Source: Eledone cirrhosa (taxonomy: Eukaryota). Taken from it: a stretch of 64,000 nucleotides of DNA. A program made the position numbers and the translations under genes. Below, in pieces: positions 54,608-64,000 of the stretch; position 1 is the stretch's first letter; every line of letters begins with the position of its first letter. The DNA lies in assembly GCA_964016885.1 (NCBI GenBank), contig OZ024765.1:17546001-17610000 (forward strand). Direction: 5' to 3'. The notes under the pieces were generated by a model. It saw only the letters and a list, made by a program, of their open reading frames with translations. It had not been told where the DNA came from and ran no database searches.

Positions 54608-54935
54608 AAAACACATGCACAAACTAACTGCAAAACTAGAAACGTAGTATATAGCATAAGATGTACTGTGAAGGAATAAGAATATAACATACATAGGTGA
54701 GACAGCCCATAGCATAGGAGAAAGGATAGGTGAACACTGGCGAGAACTCCAGGATGACAAAAACTCATCAGTACTCCGCCAACATGCCAAAATAGAACAT
54801 AGAGATAAAAATATATCCACACACAGAAAAGATGCAATGCTCAGATAAATCCCAGAGGCAACAAATATAAACGAACTCCAACCAAAATTAAACAGAAAAC
54901 ATGAGTGGAATAGCAACATCACAACTAGCAATTAA
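54608..54935 (+). pseudogene. GIY-YIG endonuclease remnant of a Penelope-like retroelement (family K copy 54515-55315)
   Basis: Manual translation with a frameshift: NCKTRNVVYSIRC / TYIGETAHSIGERIGEH...VLRQH...DAMLR*IPEA...PKLNRKHEW. Confidence 0.85.
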
Positions 54936-55331
54936 GGACAAAATGAAGACATACAGACACACACAAAAACCAAACTAACAAAACAAATCAGACACACATA
55001 GGTAGAACAAACAACCAACTAGTGACAAGTAAATAAACACACACACACAATCGGATAAAACGCATGCGCGAACCAAGTACACAGCACACAACACACAAAA
55101 ACAAGATGATGCAGGACAGAACAAAGGAGAGACGCAAAATAAGAAATCACTCACTGGGGAGATCACAGAATGTGTGACAAAAGAACTTTGATAATAAATA
55201 AACACCCACCAGGTTATTAAACCAACTAATCGGACATTTTTTACGAAATTGAAGTGAAAACCAACAGTGGCGTGTGTCTTTATTGGCATATGACCCTCCT
55301 TAAGTATAACAATATCTATAGGAGGAAATTG

Positions 55332-55392
<61 letters not shown>

Positions 55393-55394
<2 letters not shown>

Positions 55395-55627
55395 GGAAAA
55401 AGTATGACCCCGACGGCAGAGTTCAAGCCGTTTCGACAGCTATTTCTTGACTAAATTAGAATTTTCACCAGGCTAAACATTCTAATTTAGTCCATTAATA
55501 GCCGTCAAAACGGCTTGAGCTCTGCCGTCGGGGTCATACTTTTTCCTATTTCCCACTCTACTACCCTAAGTATTGAGTACTCTAGTGCGTTATGGTCCAT
55601 CTGGTTCCTTACCAAACTTCCTTTGTT
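55393..55627 (+). mobile_element. Family B fold-back element (longest central hairpin)
   Basis: Homology to other B copies; centre ~55470. Confidence 0.85.
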
Positions 55628-55994
55628 ATATATATATATATATATATATAAAATAAAGTGTTGTAGTTTGCTTGAAGCATTATATCTGTATATAGTGTGG
55701 AAAGATGTATACGACTAAACAATACAAAATGGACTGTAAGATGAAGTTAACAAAAAAGTAATCTTTTTTTGTTGTTGATGCCGTTGTTTATTTCATCCCA
55801 AAGAGTAAGAATTAGTCAGTCAGTCACCAGACGAAGGGAGATAGACGCAAATGCTAAACTCCCTCCAATTCGCTACTCGTTCCAAGCCTTAACTCTAGGC
55901 ATGAACCTTGCGAAATGACCTAAAGGATACGATCTTCTAAACAAGTAGCCGAAATGGGGTTCTCCACGAAGGGTCTCTTGATTAATGTTACTCA

Positions 55995-56349
55995 ATAGAG
56001 TCACTCTAGCTAGAGCTGCTACTTCTCCGAATTGAGAGATCACAGCTCTGATACTATGGACATGTGGCTAGAATGTCTCAGGAAAGAATCACTGGACAGA
56101 TTTGTAGCTCAGAGACCAGAGATTCACTCCAGGTAGAGCTGCTACTTCTCTGAATTGAGAGATCTCAGCTCTGATACTATGGACATGTGGTTAGAATGTC
56201 TCAGGAAAGAATCACTGGACAGATTTGTAGCTCAGAGACCAGAGATTCACTCCAGGTAGAGCTGCTACTTCTCTGTATTGAGAGATCTCAGCTCTGATAC
56301 TATGGACATGTGGTTAGAATGTCTCAGGAAAGAATTACTGGACAGATTT
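55995..56349. repeat. Inverted copy (~3 units) of the 49435-50240 satellite
   Basis: CTGGACAGATTTGTAGCTC is the reverse complement of the unit. Confidence 0.9.
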
Positions 56350-56351
56350 TA

Positions 56352-56487
56352 CGGGAAAAAGCAACCGGCAGGGGACTCAGGGGTAGACCCTGAGCAAAAT
56401 GGTTGGATAACATCCATGAGCTTGGCTGGTGACGCCTGGGGATCCAGCCGGTTCAGTTGAAGGAAGTAGCTTCTGACAGGGCCTGCA
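56352..56487 (+). pseudogene. RTE-type LINE ORF2 C-terminal fragment
   Basis: RGRP*AKWLDNIHELGW*RLGIQP..LKEVASDR. Confidence 0.6.
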
Positions 56488-56608
56488 TTCACACATAGTA
56501 TACGTGTGTTTATATATATATACATATATATCTGTGTGTGTGTGTGTGTGTGTGTCTGTTTGTGTGTGAGCATGTATATATCCTGATCTCAGTTATAAGT
56601 CAGTATAT

Positions 56609-56660
<52 letters not shown>

Positions 56661-56674
56661 ATGCAAACTCTCAC

Positions 56675-56724
<50 letters not shown>

Positions 56725-56762
56725 GTATAGATATATATAATACGTTTATTTACACATATATA

Positions 56763-56803
<41 letters not shown>

Positions 56804-56830
56804 GGATACATATATATAATACATTTATTT

Positions 56831-56861
<31 letters not shown>

Positions 56862-56886
56862 TATACATATATATAATACATTTATT

Positions 56887-56918
<32 letters not shown>

Positions 56919-57045
56919 CGTATACATATATATATAATACATTTATTTACATACATATATCTATATATATATATATAATACATTTATATATATATACATA
57001 CATACATACAGACACACACATATATATATATATACATACATACAT

Positions 57046-57076
<31 letters not shown>

Positions 57077-57358
57077 CATACATACATACATACACACACA
57101 TATATATACATACATACACACACATATATATATATATATATATACATACATACATACATACACACATATATATATATATATATATACATACATACATACA
57201 TACACACATATATATATATATATATATACATACATACATACATACACACATATATATATATATATATATATACATACATACATACATACACACATATATA
57301 TATATATATATATACATACATACATACATACACACATATATATATATATATATATACA

Positions 57359-57394
<36 letters not shown>

Positions 57395-57633
57395 TACATA
57401 CATACACACACATATATATACATACATACATACATACATACATACATACATACATACATACATACATACATACATACATACATACATGCATATATATATA
57501 TATATATACATAGATACATACATCCAATTAGAAGGAATGATCCAGTCACTTGTGGTATTCCAGGTCATGAGAATTAAAATTACAGTGAAGTTTCATCACC
57601 TAAAACCTACGGGTTAGCAGTACTTTATATATA

Positions 57634-58516
57634 CACGAGGTGTGTCAGAAAAGTTCCAGGACTGATGTCACAACAGATTTATTTCAAACCCAAACTTCAC
57701 ACTAAGAGTTTTCTCCTTCAAAGTAATCCCCCTGGCGTCTAATGCACTTTTCCATCCTTTTCTGCCACGCTTGCATGCACTCCTGGAAGGATTCTTCCGA
57801 GATCCTACGCAGTTCCGTCGTCACGCTCTTTTTGATGTCGTCCACGTCTTCAAAACTGGTACCCTCCGGGTCGTATTCGAAGATCCATGACCCATCACTG
57901 GCAAGTCTGGTTCGGTTTCAAGACGCTCGAGGAGGTCCTGGCACACTTGCATGCGTCGAACCTTCTGGTCATCGTTCAGCAATTTTGGCACCATCTTCGC
58001 GCAGACTTTCCGCATGTCCAAATCTTCAGTGAGTATCTTCCAGACGCTGTGCCGATTCATGCCCAGCCCATTTGCCATCATTCGAACAGTCAGCCGACGA
58101 TCGCTACGCACCATCTGCCTGACGCACTCAACGTTGACCTCAGTCCTGGTTGTTGAGGACCTTCCGCTCCTGGGGTCATCTTCCACGTCCTCGAGTCCTT
58201 TTTAAACCTCTTGCACCACTCAAAAACACGTGAGCATGGCATCGTCTCATCTCCATACACTTGCTGCAGCAATCCCAGTGCTTCTGACGGAGTTTTCAAG
58301 TTTGTTCGTTGCTTTGTGCTCATTTCTTGACGCCTTGAAACAGAGGACATGTATATAAAATTATGAAGAAGAAAGTTTGATCACTGCAGAGAGCTAAGAT
58401 TACAGTGACATACTACAGGGGGATTACTTTGAAGGAGAAAACTCTTAGTGTGAAGTTTGGGTTTGAAATAAATCTTTTGTGACATCAGTCCTGGAACTTT
58501 CCTGACACACTTCGTA
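57634..58516 (-). mobile_element. Internally deleted mariner with ~100-bp inverted ends
   Basis: TA TSD; DDPRSGR, MRKVCAKMVPKLL; C-terminus GDYFEGE; catalytic core deleted. Confidence 0.92.
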
Positions 58517-59039
58517 TATATCAAAATACGGGAATACAGGAAAATAGCACTGAGTGAACACATTGATACCTGTGCCGCCCCAAATCATCCCAACTTTAGA
58601 ATCTTTCCCCTCTACAAATTTAAAGATAATGCCACCCACACCCAGCGCATCAGCAAGGAATCTCACTTTATTAACAAATACGGACCCCGTCTAAACACTT
58701 CTCCCTAAGACGAACCCACAACATACACACGTCAACATACATACCTACATCAGCCTACATCCTACATACATTTCTATCCACATATAAACACAATGACATA
58801 CGTAAACACACATATTCTAAGGTGCCACACAAATATACACAAATGTGCATACCTTTTGATGTTTAGAGATATACACGTGCCGACAGACACACATGTATTG
58901 CACATTGATGGGTGCATACATATTTTTACACAAGTATCCAGGGCCTAATGGATTCCCCTTGCAGTACGTACAATCTGGACTTACACACGCCTTGGTGTTA
59001 TGACAATACTATACATCATTTCACCTCTTTTATTATTGA

Positions 59040-59834
59040 CTAGCAGAATGGCCCGGCGTTGCTCGGGATTTGCTATGGGGTTCTTTTATATTTGATATAT
59101 ATTTATCCTTATCGAACCTCGTGAAATAAATACGTTTGTTTATATTTTGTTATTGTGTATGCAAAAATATCTGTCCATAGATATATAATTATATATATAT
59201 ATATATATATATATTAAAATAACAGACTAAATTTTAAGCAAAAATCACTACTTTCACCCTTAACGGGATATTCTACCTAAAAGCAGTATGAAGTACATAC
59301 ACTAAGATTAATTGATGTAATCTTTGGCCTTGTTTGTTTATATTTTGTTTTTGTGTATGCAAAAATATCTGTACACGAATATCTATATTAAAATAACATA
59401 TTAATGTTTAAGCAAAGAATCGCTGCTTTCAACCTTAACGGGATCTTCTTAAACTAAAAAAATCAATCTGGAAAACAGGAAGACGATACTTTGGTTCGTG
59501 AAGACGTTCCCTGGCATAAGAATATATATACACACACACACTGATCGCGTCATAATGACGTAATGCAGACATCAGGCATACAGACAGATATTATGAAGGC
59601 GCGACGTCATATCTATGAATCTATCTAAAAAGAGAAAGACTAAGAGAAAGACAAAGAGATCGCTAAATCGCCTAATGTGGTTCCTAGGGCATTGAAAATT
59701 TGAAATTATTTTTGCTCAAAACACTTCCGGGGTCATACGAGTTACATGTATAAAGTTTGAAAAAAAATCGGTTGGGTACTTCTTGAGTTTTAGGGAAACA
59801 GACACACAGACATCCTCTGCTTTATATATATAGA
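59040..59834 (-). mobile_element. Non-autonomous Helitron containing family A fragments
   Basis: A|TCTATATATATAAA ... CCCGAGCAACGCCGGG ... CTAG|T; 5' part similar to 35700-35855. Confidence 0.8.
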
Positions 59835-60534
59835 TGTTATCGATGTTCTGTTGAGAGAATCGTTTTTGCAAATGACTGAAAATATGGAATAATGTACGCC
59901 ATTTTTACCAGTACCACAAAAATACTGGTCCATCGACAACACACACATACGCACACACTAACACACACACACACACACCTCTGTATAAGACAAGAGCTGA
60001 CAAATATGTTTTAACATCGTTCCTGTATCAGTGTTGAACAAAAAGGTGACGTGGTTACCTAAACACTGCACGGCGTAATTCGGGCTGTTTGTTCGTTTAC
60101 AAACAAACCGAGCATTATAATAAATGTTCGGTGAATCCATACGTATATATATATATATATATGTGTGTGCATGTATGTATATATATACATACCACTGTAC
60201 GTCTGTATACATATATGTATGTACGTATACATACATACATACTTACATTTAAGTAACTGCCGTACTAAGAGTGAGAAATGAAATTTCGTTTCATTCTATT
60301 CCATTTATATATATGTATATATTTCTATATAGGAAAAGAGTGAGAACACCGACGGCGGAGCTCAGCCGTCGGGGTTCTGATTCTTTTATAACAGAACACA
60401 CTCAGTTTGGTTGGTTTTCGCTTCTGTATCTTTTATATCAGTTAATTTATTCGGTCCTCAATGTTTACCGTTGACTGACCAACGGTCAAAAGTACAAATA
60501 TAATATAGACACAAACACACATATATATAGTCTA

Positions 60535-60575
60535 ACAAAGTTCTTTCGTTGCACATCTGCAACCTCGTCAGTGGT
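60535..60575 (-). ncRNA. Minimal type I hammerhead, family K (element 60388-60718)
   Basis: Minus: CA CTGACGA GGTTGCA-GATG-TGCAAC GAAA GAACTT TG. Confidence 0.75.
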
Positions 60576-60730
60576 ACTATTATGTTTCCTCCTGTTGTAT
60601 TGTATATCTACGCCATCTGTTAATTCTGGCAATATTTTTACAACAATATGACCCTCCCCAAATATAACAGTATTTGTTTCGACACACGATTTCATATAAA
60701 AAACCTCGCAAAATAAATATATATATATAT

Positions 60731-60892
60731 AACGAAGGAGGTGTGGTAAGGAACCAGATGGAACATAACGCACCAGAGTACTCAATACTTAGGGTAGTAG
60801 TGTGGGTAATAGGAAAATGTTTAACCCCGAAGGCAGAGTTCAAGCCGTTTCGACGAAATGGCTTCAGCTCTGCCGTCGGGGTGAAACATTTT

Positions 60893-60896
<4 letters not shown>
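60731..60896 (-). mobile_element. Family B fold-back element
   Basis: Homology to other B copies; centre ~60852. Confidence 0.85.
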
Positions 60897-60933
<37 letters not shown>

Positions 60934-61020
60934 ATACTTTGGGAGGGTCATGTTGCCAATAAGAAAAATGGCGTAGGACAGAACAAAGGAGAGGCACAAA
61001 AACAAGGAAAAGAATCCCCA

Positions 61021-61063
61021 GTCACTGAAGAGGTCACAGAATGTGTGACGAAAGAACTTTAAC
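61021..61063 (+). ncRNA. Minimal type I hammerhead, family K (element 60926-61272)
   Basis: GTCA CTGAAGA GGTCACA-GAATG-TGTGAC GAAA GAACTT TAAC; decayed homologue at 55151-55192. Confidence 0.75.
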
Positions 61064-61464
61064 AATATATATAAACAACTATCTGGTTGTGGAACCAACC
61101 AACCAGCAATTTATAAATTCCCAAATTTATAAATTTATTATAATAAATTGAAGTGATAGCATCTGGTGCGTGTGTTTCTTATTGGCAACATGACCCTCCC
61201 AAAGTATAACAATATCGGTTTCAACACACGTTTTCAGATAAAGAATCTTGCTAAACAAATTCAGAAACGAAATATATATATATATATATATATGCAAAGT
61301 TTTATTTAAATTTTTTGTTGGGTTACAACGAGTAAATATTTATAACTGATATAAAAGCACTCAACAAGTATTTGGAGTATATTTACTACCAAATCAACTT
61401 TTTAAATGGAAGTTGAAGTTGTAAGGTATGTCAAATCTATCTATTTATAAGACTGTTTATATTG

Positions 61465-61530
61465 TATTTTGTCTGATGAAGGCATACCATATTTTTAATA
61501 TGATATCCCTGAAATATATATAATGAAATA
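61465..61530 (+). ncRNA. Type I hammerhead, family C, in element 61292-61573
   Basis: TATTTTGT CTGATGA AGGCATACCATAT..ATATGATATCCCT GAAA TATATATA ATGAAATA. Confidence 0.8.
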
Positions 61531-61570
61531 AATATGGTTTTATAAATATAGTTTCCATTTATTTAATATC

Positions 61571-61606
<36 letters not shown>

Positions 61607-62081
61607 CACAGAGAGGGGAAGAGACATATGTGAAGGTCTGATCCCAGTATGCGACTGTTACTTTATACATCTATACCACCAGCAATGTATTGTATTGAAA
61701 AGCAGACGACAGTGGGTGTATTAGAACCCATATCGCTGCAGACGCACAGCTTGAGCAAATAGAACAATACGATTTCTTCCTACGTAACACTTCCACACTG
61801 CCGATTGTCTTCAGTACAGTTTGTTGTGTTTATCGTTACAGAGAAATGTGAAATTCTTTTCAAACATCCATTACTATTTTGACTGGCTGACAGGATAATA
61901 TTGTGTAAGGGAGACAACTGCTTCCAGCTCACTAATTTTGTTCTGTGCTCTTGGTGATTTTACGATTCTGATTTGTTTTTCTGTCTGTTACGATTTCTCT
62001 CACTCTTTTTTCTCGCTCTCTCTCGCTTTTTTTTTTATTTTTCACACTGTCTTTCCCACAGGTGTATATATATATATATAC

Positions 62082-62309
<228 letters not shown>

Positions 62310-62750
62310 ATATATATATGTACACACACACACATGATGGCTGCCCCCTCGTTATCGAGTATGGCCATTGCACGAGGAGAAAAAAAAATTAAATAAATAA
62401 AAAATAAAATAAAATTTAAAAAAAGAAATATATATATATATTTATATATATATACACATACATATACATATATACACACACATATATATATGCATACACA
62501 CATATACATTAATAATAATAATAATAATAATAATATCAACAATAATAATAACGACAACAACAACAATAATAATATACATATACATATATAAACACACACA
62601 CACGCACACACATAAACATATCTATACACACACACGATAGCAACTAACAGCGCTGCGATCGAATGTGGCTTTTTAGCCCAGCCAATGATCTAAAATGTCT
62701 TGCACAGAGTCGGCAACCAAAACATTCACTAGGAATAGCCGGACACATAT

Positions 62751-62791
<41 letters not shown>

Positions 62792-62954
62792 TATAAAAAA
62801 AATTAGAATTTTATTTCTCGCCCTAGCACAGCTGATACATAAATGTAGGCACACATACACACACGTAACTTTAACCTGTTTTAAAGTATATTTTTTTGTA
62901 TTTTCTCGTCGATAACGAAGCATAAGATACCACCTTGGTTCCAAGGAGGGGAAA

Positions 62955-64000
62955 TCTCTCAATGCACAGCGGCACAGACTCGGTGGTCAAAGTTAATGGC
63001 CACCTCTCGGACCATTTCGGCTCTCCCATATCGATCCGTCAAGGGTGCCATCTCTCTTCCCTTCTGTACGTATTGACTCTCAAGCCTTTATTACGGAAGC
63101 TGGAGCTGCTGCAGGGCATCCCGCTCGAACCGGGACGTGGAAAGGCGGTGTCGGCTTATGCGGACGACATCACAGTGATGGTGTCGGACACCTCATAAAT
63201 CGAGGTGGTCGGCAACTTATTGGAGGAATATGAAAGGTTGACGTGAGCAAAACTTAACCCGGAAAAGTCGGTGGGCTTGCAACTCGGCACCTGGAGAGGC
63301 AAGTCCATGCCGTCCAATAGCGTCATGGGGCGCTGGACGGACGGACCGGTAAAGTTGCTCGGGGTTTTGTTCGGGCCAGACCTCCAGGTGAACGAGGTAA
63401 CGAGCAGGGTAGCCAGTCTCATCCATAAATGGGCTGCGAGGAAGCTATCGTTGAAAGGTCACGCGGAGGTGGCGAACGCGTACATCGCCTCTGTCATCTA
63501 CTACCGCCTGACCGTCGTGCCTTGCCCCTGTCCACGCCTCGTCAAGTTGAAACAGTTCCTCTTCAAATTCTTGTGGATAGAACAAGTTCCGTTGGTGAGG
63601 CGGTTCATCTGCTGCCAGCACCGTCTACGCGGAGGGTTGGGCATGCCGTGGCTAATGATGCGCAGACATGCGCTGAGGCTGCGACATCTCCAGATGCCTA
63701 AACAGTGAACAGGTGTGGTCGCCGTTTATCAGACTTGCCCTTCCGCAGCTCGTTTCTTTGACTGAGCTACAGTCCTGGGTCAAGAAGAGACAGAGACTGG
63801 GTGACTGGCACCTGGAATGTTGCCAGGCACTCCCTGCCCTCTACCAAGCGGGCAATGCGATCAGTGGAACTTCCATTCTCGAGTTCTATAGAAGATTAGT
63901 GGTGGGCAAGTGCGATGACGTACTGGGAGAGGCTTTGGGCGTTAGCGGAGTCGAACTGACCACTCTGTTCCGGAGAGCCTTCGAGCTAGGGACGATGGAG
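62955..64000 (+). mobile_element. 5'-truncated L1/Tx1-like LINE ORF2 pseudogene, runs off the window
   Basis: VKVNG..IRQGCHLSSLLY..AYADDITV..KLLGV..RKLSLKG..FKFLW..GGLGMP, with stops and frameshifts. Confidence 0.9.

Overview
This is eukaryotic, very repeat-rich DNA with no convincing host gene (intronic or intergenic). The tRNA-derived Nin/Deu-domain SINEs and huge (TA)n/(CATA)n tracts suggest an octopus or other cephalopod genome (inference). Nearly all long ORFs in the track are microsatellite translation artefacts. Recognisable fossils are LINEs (RTE-X, RTE-BovB-like, R4/Dong-like, L1/Tx1-like), two mariner remnants, Helitrons, hAT and Tc1 MITEs, many SINEs and several satellites. The main unexplained signal is about 35-40 short (70-800 bp) islands embedded in (TA)n tracts, from at least 10 sequence families. 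Most are fold-back palindromes with a long arm carrying a 3' tail and a short arm ending at a fixed internal TA site. Many carry type I hammerhead ribozymes, including non-canonical cores (CAGAAGA in two unrelated families, UUGAUAA in a third). One copy keeps a GIY-YIG endonuclease remnant, tying the system to Penelope-like retroelements. Junctions map to ribozyme stem II and, in one case, exactly to the predicted cleavage site. All folds and translations were read by eye and coordinates are approximate to a few bases. Family letters are my own labels.
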